Shown piece after piece: positions 39,275 to 48,627 of a DNA stretch of 64,000 nt. Position 1 is the first letter of the stretch; each line of letters opens with the position of its first letter. The stretch is from positions 4,992,001 to 5,056,000 of the forward strand of contig CAWDXG010000004.1 of NCBI GenBank assembly GCA_963806225.1. Direction: 5' to 3'. Made by a program: the position numbers and the translations under genes. The stretch is from an uncultured delta proteobacterium. Lineage in GTDB: Bacteria; Myxococcota_A; Polyangia; Polyangiales; Polyangiaceae. The notes below the pieces were generated by a model. The model worked only from the letters and a program-made list of their open reading frames with translations, ran no database searches and was not told where the DNA came from.

Positions 39275-39694
39275 CTAGAACGGGCGCCGGATGACGAAGA
39301 AGACGGCCGCGGCAGCGGAGAGCAACAGGATAACCGCTAGCGTCGTTGCCGGTCCGGCGTCGTCCTTGTCGCCGTTTGCCATCCGCTTCGCTCGACCGCC
39401 AATCACGTGGTGAAGCGCGATAACCACCAGTGCAAACAGCAGCTTGGCGTGCATCCACTTGGACTGGACGAAGTAGGTGTCCAGGTTCAGCAGCAGGCGG
39501 GCCACGCCGGCGCTGAAAGAAATGATGAAGGCCGGGACCGCGAGCTTGCGGTAGACGCCGAGGCCGATCTGCCCGCGCTCCGTTGGCGTGCCCGGCTTGG
39601 CCGCGAGAATGTAGGCGACGGCCAGGATCGAGCCGATCCATACGAGATTCGCGGTGACGTGGGCGATGACAAGGGCTGTCCGGATGCCGTCCAC
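39275..39694 (-). CDS. CopD/HemJ (UPF0093)-like four-TM protein
   Basis: IAHVTANLVWIGS and WMHAKLLFALVVIALH; lacks a clear MAGLFYLPR motif; TAGGTT 7 nt before GTG. Confidence 0.7.
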   Translation of the reverse strand: MDGIRTALVIAHVTANLVWIGSILAVAYILAAKPGTPTERGQIGLGVYRKLAVPAFIISFSAGVARLLLNLDTYFVQSKWMHAKLLFALVVIALHHVIGGRAKRMANGDKDDAGPATTLAVILLLSAAAAVFFVIRRPF

Positions 39695-39840
39695 GCGAGG
39701 GAACCTAACGGTGTTTCGCGACAGACGCACCCGCAATCGCGGTGCGGCCAACGCCGGGCGCACCGGCGCAGGCTTTGACGCATTGCGTTGCGCGCGCTGC
39801 GGTGGTGGCCTTTCCTGTCCGGCAGGAAACGCGGCAGCTT

Positions 39841-40842
39841 TCAGCAGGGCTTGTGTCGTTCCTGCTGGCCGACGCTCGCCGCAGGCCGCGTGACCGCCTG
39901 CGGCGTGCTCTGGACGGCTTCCGGATGGACGGAGAGCGGCCGCGTCCAGGCGTCCCGGAGGCCGTAGCGGTCGCGGATCCACTCGAGCTCGTCCAGCACA
40001 CGGTGCGCGGCAGAGAAGCGGTACCTGCGGTCTCGACACAAGGCACGCATCAACAGCCGTTCGAGCTCGATGGGGCAGCTCTCCCGGAGGGCCCGTGGCG
40101 GGACCACCGGATCGCGCAGCTTGGCGATCATCAATTCCCGGTCGCTGTCGGCGGAGAACGGAAGTCGACCGGTGAGCGCCTGGTACAGGACGACCCCCGC
40201 GGAGTACAGGTCGGTCCGCAGATCCACTGCCTCCCCCTGCGCCTGTTCGGGCGACATGTATTCGGGTGTGCCCACGACAACGTCCGCCCGCGCGGCCTTT
40301 CGCCAGCTTCCCTTGCGGACGCCGACGGAGATGCCGAAGTCGACGAGGTGCGCGTAGAGTCCGGGCGCCTCTCCCTCGACGAGCAGGTTCTGCGGCTTCA
40401 CGTCGCAGTGCACCAGGTCCGCGGAATGCACCGCGTGCAGCGCGGACAGCATCTGGCAGCCCAGGGCCACCACGGTGGGGAGCGAGAGCGGCCCGCCCGC
40501 CAGATGCTCCGCGAGCGGACGGCCGCGCAGTAGCTCGAGCACCATGAACCGCGAGCCGTCGCGGAGCGTTCCGATGCGGTAGAGCTTGGGCACGTGGGGG
40601 CTGTCGATCCGCGCATACGCGGCGGCCTCCACTTCGAACGCCTCGAGCGCGCGGTCGGTGTCGTCGAGCGGACGGTGTACGACCTTCAGCGCAACGCGGT
40701 TCGGTTCGCGCTCGTCCTCGGCCTCGTACACCTCGCACGCCGTGCCGGTCGCGACCAGGCGCCGGATCCGGTAGCGGTTGGCTACGCGGGCTCCCGGGAC
40801 CAGCCGGGGGGCGGGTGCTGCCGTGGATGTCGCAACTTGCAT
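39841..40842 (-). CDS. Soluble Ser/Thr protein kinase (non-RD)
   Basis: VALK, HCDVKPQN, VDFG, GTPEYMSPE and DLYSAG; degenerate Gly loop (ATGTACEVY). Confidence 0.9.
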   Translation of the reverse strand: MQVATSTAAPAPRLVPGARVANRYRIRRLVATGTACEVYEAEDEREPNRVALKVVHRPLDDTDRALEAFEVEAAAYARIDSPHVPKLYRIGTLRDGSRFMVLELLRGRPLAEHLAGGPLSLPTVVALGCQMLSALHAVHSADLVHCDVKPQNLLVEGEAPGLYAHLVDFGISVGVRKGSWRKAARADVVVGTPEYMSPEQAQGEAVDLRTDLYSAGVVLYQALTGRLPFSADSDRELMIAKLRDPVVPPRALRESCPIELERLLMRALCRDRRYRFSAAHRVLDELEWIRDRYGLRDAWTRPLSVHPEAVQSTPQAVTRPAASVGQQERHKPC

Positions 40843-40876
40843 TGGATTTGCGCCGGATTGGCCCGGGGCAAGGCGA

Positions 40877-40892
40877 TGCACGGCGCGTGCCG
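40877..40892 (-). promoter_or_regulatory. Candidate sigma54 promoter of the kinase
   Basis: CGGCACGCGCCGTGCA (GG-N10-GC; consensus TGGCACG-N4-TTGCW), about 35 nt upstream of the ATG. Confidence 0.45.
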
Positions 40893-41035
40893 CGCCCCGG
40901 GAGCCATTCCGGCCCCGAAAGCCGGGGCTGGCGGCGCCGCTGGTGGTGCGATTTGGCACGAGCCCGGGGGCCGGCGTTCCAGAATGCCGCACCGCTGGCT
41001 TGCGACGCCCCGTGGTCGGCTGCATGGTCAGCCCG

Positions 41036-42481
41036 ATGACCGCCAGCGCTACCTACCGCGCCCCCTTTGCCCCGGGCGGCCCCACCGCCGTCGACGCCGA
41101 GGTGTGCCGCAAGCTGCTCGCCGTTGCCCTGTCGCGCGGAGGCGACTACGCGGATCTGTTCTTCGAATATCGGGCGGGTGGCGGCCTGGTGTTCGAGGAG
41201 GGCATCACGCGCAGCGCTTCGCGCGGTGTCAGCATGGGGTTGGGCGTCCGGGTGCAGCGCGGCGACGCGACCGGCTACGCCCACGTCGAGGATCTTACCT
41301 GGGAGGCGATGAAGCGCGCGGCCGAGACCGCCGCCCGGATAGCGAGCGGCGGAGCCGGAACTCCTCCGGTGAAGCTCGAGCCCGTCGTGCTGCCCAGTCG
41401 CTACGAGCTCGACGAGCTTTCCATCGACGTGGAAGGTCTGGACAAGCGCAGGCTGCTCGAGCGGGTCAGCAAGGCCGCGCTGGCGTTCGATCCGAAGATC
41501 GTCAAGGTGGAAGCGTCGTTCGCCGAGGAGGTCCGCGAGATCCTCGTGGCGACGAGCGACGGGCACATCGCCCACGACGTGCAGCCGCTGATGCGCATCG
41601 GCGTCCGGGCGATTGCGGAGCACGAGGGCCGGCGCGAGGCCGGCCGCAGCGGCGGCGGGGGCCGCATGACGCTCGGCTACTTCGAAGGCAAGAGCCCAGA
41701 ATGGCACGCCGAGCAGGCCGCACGGCAGGCTCTGGTGCTGCTCGATGCGCGGCAGGCGCCGGCGGGGCAGCTGGAGGTGGTGCTGGCGCCGGGCGACAGC
41801 GGCATCCTGCTCCACGAGGCCGTGGGTCACGGACTCGAAGCGGACTTCAATCGCAAGGGCACGAGCAACTACACCGGCCAGGTGGGCAAGCCTGTCGCGA
41901 GCGAGCTCTGTACCGTGGTGGACGACCCGAGCTTCGTGCAGGCGCGCGGCTCCATCAACGTGGACGACGAGGGCGTCGAACCGCACAAGAGCGTGCTGAT
42001 CGAGAATGGCGTCCTGCGCGGCTACATGCAGGACCGACTCTCGGCCCGTCACTTCAAGACGCGGCCGACCGGCAACGGGCGGCGCGAGAGCTTCGCCTGC
42101 GCGCCCATGCCGCGCATGACGAACACGGTGCTGCTCGCGGGACCGCACGACCCCGAGGAGATCGTCAAGAGCGTGAAACGGGGAGTCTTCGCCAAGACAT
42201 TCGGAGGGGGGCAGGTGGACATATCGAACGGCGACTTCGTCTTTTCGCTGACAGAGAGCTACTTGATCGAGGATGGCCGCATCACCGCCCCACTGAAGGG
42301 CGTGAACCTGATTGGCAATGGTCCCGAAACACTCCGGCAGGTAAGCATGCTGGGCAACGATGTCGCAACGTCGGACGGTATCTGGACTTGCGGCAAGGAC
42401 GGGCAAAGCGTCCCGGTCGGTGTGGGCTGCCCGACGATCAAGATTTCGCGGATCACGGTCGGTGGAACCGAAATCGGGTGA
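41036..42481 (+). CDS. tldD: TldD metalloprotease (canonical type)
   Basis: DYADLFFE, LLHEAVGHGLEADFNRKG, VDDEG, TGNGRRES, MPRMTNT and CGKDGQSVPVGVG. Confidence 0.95.
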   Translation: MTASATYRAPFAPGGPTAVDAEVCRKLLAVALSRGGDYADLFFEYRAGGGLVFEEGITRSASRGVSMGLGVRVQRGDATGYAHVEDLTWEAMKRAAETAARIASGGAGTPPVKLEPVVLPSRYELDELSIDVEGLDKRRLLERVSKAALAFDPKIVKVEASFAEEVREILVATSDGHIAHDVQPLMRIGVRAIAEHEGRREAGRSGGGGRMTLGYFEGKSPEWHAEQAARQALVLLDARQAPAGQLEVVLAPGDSGILLHEAVGHGLEADFNRKGTSNYTGQVGKPVASELCTVVDDPSFVQARGSINVDDEGVEPHKSVLIENGVLRGYMQDRLSARHFKTRPTGNGRRESFACAPMPRMTNTVLLAGPHDPEEIVKSVKRGVFAKTFGGGQVDISNGDFVFSLTESYLIEDGRITAPLKGVNLIGNGPETLRQVSMLGNDVATSDGIWTCGKDGQSVPVGVGCPTIKISRITVGGTEIG

Positions 42482-42506
42482 AGCGCCCAGGCGCACACGC
42501 ACGTAC

Positions 42507-43256
42507 GTGGGCGTGATTGGTCACGGCCCGTTGCTCGAACGCGAGGACGGCGGAGCGGCGACATTGCGCCAGCTCGGCGCGACCGTGCGCACGCTCGACC
42601 TGTGGGACGACCCGGTCAACCTGATCGGCCTGGACGACGACGAGCTCGAGATCCGGCCGCGGGCGCTGCTGTTCGAGGCGCTGGACCGCCCGGACCTGGC
42701 CGTCGCGGCGCTGCGTGCGGTGCGCCGCGAAACCTACTTCGACAACGTCGGAGCGATCATCTCCGTGACCGTCGGGCAGGTGGCGCGCATCGATCCTTCC
42801 AGTGGTTTCGACGACTTCGTGCTGCACCCGTACGTGCCGGAGGAGCTGTACTCGCGCATCCGTGCGCTGGAATGGCGCCGCAGCGAGTTCGCAACCGATG
42901 AACGCCAGAAGATCGGCCCCATCGTGATCGACAAGGCCGGTCACGAGGTCGAGGTCAACGGCCGGCCCATTTCGCTGACGGCGAAGGAGTTCGCGCTTCT
43001 GGCCTACATGTCGGAGCGGCGCGGCCGCGTGCTGTCGCGCGAGCATCTCCTGTCGCGGGTCTGGGGCAACCGCTACGAGGGTGGCCCGCGCACCGTGGAC
43101 ATCCACGTCCGGCGCCTGCGCGCCAAGCTGGGAGATGCGCTGCCGCTCGAGACGCTGCGCGGGTCGGGCTACAAGCTGCGCGCCCCCGACAGCGACGGCG
43201 GTGGCGCGGACGACGACACCGGCGCCAGCGAGCCCCCGCCGGCTTCCGGGGCATGA
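42507..43256 (+). CDS. OmpR-family regulator with atypical receiver domain (GlnR-like)
   Basis: wHTH LTAKEFALL..GRVLSRE..VWG..YEGGPRTVDIHVRRLRAKLG. Receiver lacks the acidic pair and the Lys-Pro (DDFVLHPY). Start uncertain (42478-42507). Confidence 0.8.
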   Translation: MGVIGHGPLLEREDGGAATLRQLGATVRTLDLWDDPVNLIGLDDDELEIRPRALLFEALDRPDLAVAALRAVRRETYFDNVGAIISVTVGQVARIDPSSGFDDFVLHPYVPEELYSRIRALEWRRSEFATDERQKIGPIVIDKAGHEVEVNGRPISLTAKEFALLAYMSERRGRVLSREHLLSRVWGNRYEGGPRTVDIHVRRLRAKLGDALPLETLRGSGYKLRAPDSDGGGADDDTGASEPPPASGA

Positions 43257-44245
43257 TCGTCGTCTCGACGGGATGTCCTGCCGGCATCGGGCCGGAGGTG
43301 TCGGTGGCGGCCGCCGCGAAGCTCGAACGCACGCCGTGCGTGCTCGTCGGTGACGAGCGGACATTGCTGGCGGCGGCGAAGCAGGTCGGTGTTCCGCGCG
43401 CGAGGCTCACGGAGTTCGACGGCGAGCCCGCGCCGGGGCGTATTGCCGTGTTGCCCGCCGGAGTGCCGCTGTCGGCGTCGGATCGTCGTCCCGGTCGGCC
43501 ATCGCAGGGCGCCGGGGCTGCCCAGCTCGCCTACATCGATGCCGCCTACAAGCTGGCCAAGGCCCACGGCGCCGCGCTGGTGACCGCCCCCGTCAGCAAG
43601 GCGGCGATCGCGCATTCGGGAGCTCGAGGCGCGGCGCGTTTCACCGGTCACACTGAATGGCTGCGCGATCGCGATGGCGCCCGAGCGAGCATCATGTGCT
43701 TCGCCGCACCCGGGCTCGTGACGAGCCTCGTCACCACCCACCTGCCGCTTTCGCGCGTGCCGCGCAGCCTGACGCCCGACAACGTCGCGCTCGCCACGGT
43801 CTGGCTCGCACGGCTCCTCCGCGCCCTCGACAACGAGCTGCCGCTGATCGCCGTGGCGTCGTTGAACCCGCACGCCGGGGAGGGCGAGCTGTTCGGACGC
43901 GAGGAGAGCCTCGCGATCGCGCCCGGGATCGCTTTGGCGCGCCGCCGCCTGCGCGGCAAAGCGCGCATCGAGGGGCCGGTCGGCGCGGAAACGGCCTATC
44001 GCAAGGCCTGGGCGGGGGAGTACGACGGCGTGGTCGCGATGTACCACGACCAGGCGACCATCCCGATGAAGCTCGTCGCGTTCGGCGAGGCCGTCAATGT
44101 GACGATGGGGCTCTCCATCGTCCGCACCAGCGTCGATCACGGGACGGCGTACGACATCGCATGGAGCGGCAAGGCCGACGCCACCGGGATGCTGCGCGCG
44201 ATGCAGCTCGGACAGCGGCTCTCGAACGGAGCAAGCCGGCGTTGA
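43253..44245 (+). CDS. pdxA: 4-hydroxythreonine-4-phosphate dehydrogenase family
   Basis: PAGIGPE, TAPVSK, FTGHTE, TTHLPL, LNPHAGE, AMYHDQ and RTSVDHGTA; ATGA overlap with the upstream gene. Confidence 0.93.
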   Translation: MIVVSTGCPAGIGPEVSVAAAAKLERTPCVLVGDERTLLAAAKQVGVPRARLTEFDGEPAPGRIAVLPAGVPLSASDRRPGRPSQGAGAAQLAYIDAAYKLAKAHGAALVTAPVSKAAIAHSGARGAARFTGHTEWLRDRDGARASIMCFAAPGLVTSLVTTHLPLSRVPRSLTPDNVALATVWLARLLRALDNELPLIAVASLNPHAGEGELFGREESLAIAPGIALARRRLRGKARIEGPVGAETAYRKAWAGEYDGVVAMYHDQATIPMKLVAFGEAVNVTMGLSIVRTSVDHGTAYDIAWSGKADATGMLRAMQLGQRLSNGASRR

Positions 44246-46455
44246 GCCAGCTTGGCGCGCAGGCGCTCGAGGCGCTCGAGCTCATGCTGCGCTCCGTCGA
44301 GCGAGCGGGCGGACGGGGTCTTTCGCGTCTGGAGGACGACGCGCTGTACGATGGGCTACTGCGCATCGTGCTCGGCTTCGTTGCGCTGGACGCCGCCGAA
44401 CAGCGGGGCATGCTGCCGGCACCGCCAGAGGCCGGCGACGGCAGCGAGTGGGAGCGGCTGATCCTGCGCTGGCGAAGTGTACACAACGGCGCGGACGGCC
44501 TGCCGCGGCACCAGGCGCGACTCTTCGACGCCGGGGCGAACGCGCTGTTCCGCGCCGGCGCGCCAATCGACGATGCCACGCTGTCGCGCGTCGCGGCGCT
44601 GCTCCGGACACTCCAGCGTGGCGACCGGCGCGTCGATCACCGGGCGCTGCCGCTGGAAACGCTGGGCCAGCTCTACGAGCAGCTGATCGGCTACCGCATC
44701 GAGCGCGCCGACGGCTCCCGGCGCATCGTCCGCGGCGGCGCGCGCAAGCGGAGCGGCAGCTTCTTTACCCCCCGCGCGCTCGCCGCGAAGGTCGTCGAGG
44801 CGGCGCTGGCGCCGCTCGCAGAGAGACTGGAGAGCGTGGACCCTGGCGATCGGGCGGCAGTGATCCGCGGCTTCCGGCTGTGCGACCCGGCGATGGGTGC
44901 TGGAGTTTTCCTGATGGAGGCATGTCGCCGGCTTGCCGTGCTCCTGTCGCGTGCCGATGCCGTGCCCGATCGCGAAGCGATGCGCAGCGTGGCGCTCGAG
45001 TGTCTGTACGGCGTCGACCGGAGCGAGCTCGCGGTCGCCGTCGCGGAGCTGTCGCTCTGGTTGCTCGTCGGTGACCCCGGAACGCCGGTTGCCGGGATAG
45101 CGCGCCATCTCGCAGTCGGCGATTCGCTGCTCGGGGCGGTGGGGCCCACTTCGCGGCAGGCGGCGGACCGCGTGCTGTCGGCGGCGCTGTTCGACGATCC
45201 GTTCACGCCCGCGAGCGACTTCGGTGGCGGCCGCTTCTTCCACTTTGCGCTGGAGTTCCCCGATGCGGCGTCGGGGTTCGACGTGGTGGTCGGCAACCCG
45301 CCCTGGGTCGCATTCGCCGGGCGTGCGGCGCAGCCGCTCGATCCGCGCCTCCGTCGCTATTTCCGCGAGGCCTTCCGCGCCATGCACGGCTACCCCACGC
45401 TGCATGGGCTGTTCGTCGAGCGGGCCGCCGAGCTCGCCCCGCACGGCGTCGTGGCGCTGCTGGTGCCGAGCCCGATCGCGGACCTGGACGGCTACAGGGC
45501 GGTGCGCCGCGCGCTGACGGCGAGCCACAGACTGCGCGAGCCCCTGCTCGAGCTCGGGCAGGATGCTTTCGAGTCCGTCGTCCAGCCCTGCTTCGTACTG
45601 GTCGCCGAGCCCGACTCCGGCGCCCAGGCCGACGACCGGCCCTGGCGGCTCGCCGAGCGACAGCGGGTGGGGGGCGCTGCCGAGGCCGTACGGGTGCCGG
45701 AGCTTCTTTCGCTGCTGGCGCGCGCGCCGTCGCTGCCCTCGACGGCGTTCCGCGAAATGGGATTCCAGAGCTCGCGTATTGCCAGCCGCGAGCTGATGCT
45801 GCGAGCGCCCGGTCCGGACCAGCGACACCGCTACCCGCTGCTCGAAGGACGCGACGTGTCCGAGTTCTCGGAAGGGCCGCCGCGGCTCTACCTCTGCGTC
45901 GAGCCCGAGGAGCTGGTCCGGGCCCGCTGTCGAGTACGGCGGGAGCAGGACTACCAGGCGGCGCGCTTCGTCGTGCGGCAGACGGCGAAGGTTCCGATCG
46001 CCGCGCTGCACTCGGGGCTTCCGTTCCGCAACTCGCTCCTGGCCGGGCTGGAAGTGGAAGGATTTTCCGCCGAGCTGCTCGTCGCGCTTCTGAACAGCGC
46101 CCTGTACCGCGCACTCCATCTCTCCACGCGCCGCGATGCCCGGCAGGCGGCCTTCCCCCAGGTCAAGCTCGCGCATCTCCGCGCGCTGCCGCGGCCGCCG
46201 GTCGACGCCGCGCTGCACGCGCGCCTCGCAGCCATCACCGGACGGGCGACGCATGGCGGTATGGGCCCAGCGCTGCGCCGGGAGCTGGACGATGCGGTCT
46301 TCGATCTATTCGCCGTCCCCCCCGACCACCGCCGGGAAGTGCGCGCCTTCCTGGCCGTGCGGGCGAAGCGCCTGGGCTACGTCGTGGAAGGTCCGGACGC
46401 GCGCCCGAGCACGCCGCTCGACCCGGTTCGCGAGCGGCTCGGTGCCGCTACTTGA
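44242..46455 (+). CDS. Gamma-class N6-adenine DNA methyltransferase (Eco57I/TaqI-like) with no evident nuclease domain
   Basis: LGQLYEQL, GSFFTP, DPAMGAGVFL, LYGVD, GDSL and FDVVVGNPPW; C-terminal ALLNS...FPQVK. TTG start overlaps the pdxA stop. Confidence 0.85.
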   Translation: MSQLGAQALEALELMLRSVERAGGRGLSRLEDDALYDGLLRIVLGFVALDAAEQRGMLPAPPEAGDGSEWERLILRWRSVHNGADGLPRHQARLFDAGANALFRAGAPIDDATLSRVAALLRTLQRGDRRVDHRALPLETLGQLYEQLIGYRIERADGSRRIVRGGARKRSGSFFTPRALAAKVVEAALAPLAERLESVDPGDRAAVIRGFRLCDPAMGAGVFLMEACRRLAVLLSRADAVPDREAMRSVALECLYGVDRSELAVAVAELSLWLLVGDPGTPVAGIARHLAVGDSLLGAVGPTSRQAADRVLSAALFDDPFTPASDFGGGRFFHFALEFPDAASGFDVVVGNPPWVAFAGRAAQPLDPRLRRYFREAFRAMHGYPTLHGLFVERAAELAPHGVVALLVPSPIADLDGYRAVRRALTASHRLREPLLELGQDAFESVVQPCFVLVAEPDSGAQADDRPWRLAERQRVGGAAEAVRVPELLSLLARAPSLPSTAFREMGFQSSRIASRELMLRAPGPDQRHRYPLLEGRDVSEFSEGPPRLYLCVEPEELVRARCRVRREQDYQAARFVVRQTAKVPIAALHSGLPFRNSLLAGLEVEGFSAELLVALLNSALYRALHLSTRRDARQAAFPQVKLAHLRALPRPPVDAALHARLAAITGRATHGGMGPALRRELDDAVFDLFAVPPDHRREVRAFLAVRAKRLGYVVEGPDARPSTPLDPVRERLGAAT

Positions 46456-48322
46456 TGGGCGGAGGCGTGTAGATCTTCTTCACGTTGGCGCCACCGGCGA
46501 ACGCGTAGGAGCCGACGTTGCCGTAGCCGTACACCATCAGGCCGAAACCGATGCTGCCCGAGACGTTGTGCGCCCCCTCGCCGAGCGGGCAGCGGTAGGT
46601 CTCGTAGGACTTGCCGCCCAGTTGCCCCGCGTTCGACTGGACGCAGCTCGACGGCAGCGCGGCACCGTCGATCTTGAAAGTGCCTCCGGTCGGTGCTGCG
46701 ATCACGAAGTAGTTGTTCGACCAGCTGGGGGGGATCAGGAACACGTAGTCCTTCCGGTACTGGTCGACGGGCGGGAAGATCGTGAGCGATGGGTCGCCGA
46801 TGTTGCTCGTCGTGTAGCCCGCGCTCACGAGGAGTTGTCCAATCGCGATCGGCTGGGTCGACTGGACGACGATGTCCTTGTCGGTCCACGTCTCCTTCAT
46901 TTCGCCGGGCTGCAGGGTAAACGAGTCGAACGGGGCGGGCAGGTTCGTCGTGACCGTTGCGGGGCTCGCGACGCCCATGAAACGCAACACGTCCGGCTCG
47001 GTGTAGCCACCGGTCGAGCGGACGGGACTGCGCGACACGACGAACGTCTTGCCCATCGCGGTGACCGGGAACACCTGCTCCTCCAGATGATCGGTGCAGC
47101 AAACGTCGGAGCCGTCGGTGCCAGGTGGCGGCGGCGCGCCGAGATTCTTGGGATTGACCAGTCCGCGTTCTCCGCCCGAAAAGACCACGATGGGCTTGTC
47201 CGCCTGGACTACCGTTCCCGTCATGTCGCCGGGCATGCCATCCGAAGCGAGGTTCAGTACGTCGAAGGAGCCGAGCTTCGCGGTGATCGTGCCGCCCTTC
47301 GGCGTGTTCGGGATGTACTTGGTGTCGGTGCGGATCTTGGTCCCCGCGATGACCGTGACGTGCGTGTCCGGCTCGATGCCGACGACGGTGACGTTGGAGT
47401 GATCCGGAATGCCGGCGATCTGCGGCAAACCGGGAACGGAGATCGGGTTCGCCGTCGGGTAGCCGAGGACGCGGTAGATCGTGCCGAGCCCGTTGCGCGG
47501 CAGAAGCAGCGACGCGTCGTTGGAGAAATTGTTCGTGAAGTTGTTGAACTGGTAGACGACCAGCGGCACCGTCGACGTGATACGGAACGCCTTCGACGAC
47601 AGGAAGGTACCGGGCGGCCCCGGCGGATCCTGCGTGCTGGGCGTCCACCCCGTCACTTCCGCGCGCGGAAGCCCGACCGCCTTGACGTCGCCTGGTGCGA
47701 CATTCAGCGTCTGCACCGTGGTCAGGTTCCTGGGCTGTCCGTAGGCGGCCTGGTTCGCCTCGATCGTGACCTGTGCGACGCCGTGGCCGGCGTTCGACAG
47801 CACGACGCCCCACTGCCCCTTCGATGCGTCGTCAATTCCGCGCGTGTTCGGCAGATCGACGGCCCAGAACTCGCAGCCCACGTTCGACGGCGAGCCGTCG
47901 GCCTTGTCACATTCGGTGGTGCACGCGCCGTTGTTGCAGACCTCGCCCTTCGCGAGATCACAGGTCTTGACGAGCGAGCCGGCCTTGCCGCTCTGGTCAC
48001 ACTTGTGGATCTCGTTGCCGACGCAGGTGGTCGTGCCAGGGTGACAATCGAGGCACCCCTCTCCCGCCACGCACACCCCGGGCGAGCAGTCCTTCTGGCC
48101 GGAAGGATTGCCCTGGGCGTCGCACAGCGTGAGCGTCGTGTCGGTCAGGCAGCTGTTGCAGCCGAACCCGCCGTCGAGGTTGCCGCCGCTGCCGCCGCTG
48201 GCCGCGCCGCCGCCGCTTCCGCCGGGTTGACCGGCGGTGCCGGAGGCGGAGCACGCCGATGGAGCGAGCAGTCCGACAAGCACAGACAGGGAAAGCAGGC
48301 CCAGAGGTCGCCACAAAGTCAT
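46448..48322 (-). CDS. IgGFc-binding-domain lipoprotein
   Basis: Lipobox PSAC; Cys-rich region; SNVGCEFWAVDL, SNDASLLLP, DHLEEQVFP, GDPSL and SYAFAGG. Confidence 0.85.
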   Translation of the reverse strand: MTLWRPLGLLSLSVLVGLLAPSACSASGTAGQPGGSGGGAASGGSGGNLDGGFGCNSCLTDTTLTLCDAQGNPSGQKDCSPGVCVAGEGCLDCHPGTTTCVGNEIHKCDQSGKAGSLVKTCDLAKGEVCNNGACTTECDKADGSPSNVGCEFWAVDLPNTRGIDDASKGQWGVVLSNAGHGVAQVTIEANQAAYGQPRNLTTVQTLNVAPGDVKAVGLPRAEVTGWTPSTQDPPGPPGTFLSSKAFRITSTVPLVVYQFNNFTNNFSNDASLLLPRNGLGTIYRVLGYPTANPISVPGLPQIAGIPDHSNVTVVGIEPDTHVTVIAGTKIRTDTKYIPNTPKGGTITAKLGSFDVLNLASDGMPGDMTGTVVQADKPIVVFSGGERGLVNPKNLGAPPPPGTDGSDVCCTDHLEEQVFPVTAMGKTFVVSRSPVRSTGGYTEPDVLRFMGVASPATVTTNLPAPFDSFTLQPGEMKETWTDKDIVVQSTQPIAIGQLLVSAGYTTSNIGDPSLTIFPPVDQYRKDYVFLIPPSWSNNYFVIAAPTGGTFKIDGAALPSSCVQSNAGQLGGKSYETYRCPLGEGAHNVSGSIGFGLMVYGYGNVGSYAFAGGANVKKIYTPPPIK

Positions 48323-48452
48323 GGGGCCTCAAGATACGGCTATTTCCGCCGATGCGCGAGCAAGCCGCCCGCGCGGCCACGCCCTTGACGCTCGGCAAGC
48401 CCAGCCTGCTTCGACGCGGGGTCGCGGGCGGCTGCCGTCCGGGATGAGTGGG

Positions 48453-48525
48453 TGGAGCCGAGGGGGATCGAACCCCTGACCTCATGACTGCCAGTCATGC
48501 GCTCTCCCAGCTGAGCTACGGCCCC
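48453..48525 (-). tRNA. tRNA-Ala(GGC)
   Basis: GGGGCCGTAGCTCAGCTGGGAGAGCG-CATGA CT GGC AG TCATG-AGGTC AGGGG TTCGATC CCCCT CGGCTCCA; G3:U70 pair; CCA not encoded. Confidence 0.97.
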
Positions 48526-48627
48526 GGGAAGGACGCGGAGACTTGCACGCCTTGTCGCGGAAGGCGAGTAGGAATTTTCGCCTTTTTGCTGGTCCCGGGC
48601 TTCGCTGACCAGCGAAGGCTAGTGGCC

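Noticed and set aside
39275..42502. 1075-aa minus-strand ORF
   Set aside because: Only the last 139 codons (CopD/HemJ-like) look real; the remainder shadows tldD and the kinase.
44242..48525. Genomic island integrated at tRNA-Ala (MTase plus IgGFc gene)
   Set aside because: No integrase, no duplicated tRNA 3' end noticed, no evident composition shift, and the MTase is coupled to pdxA.
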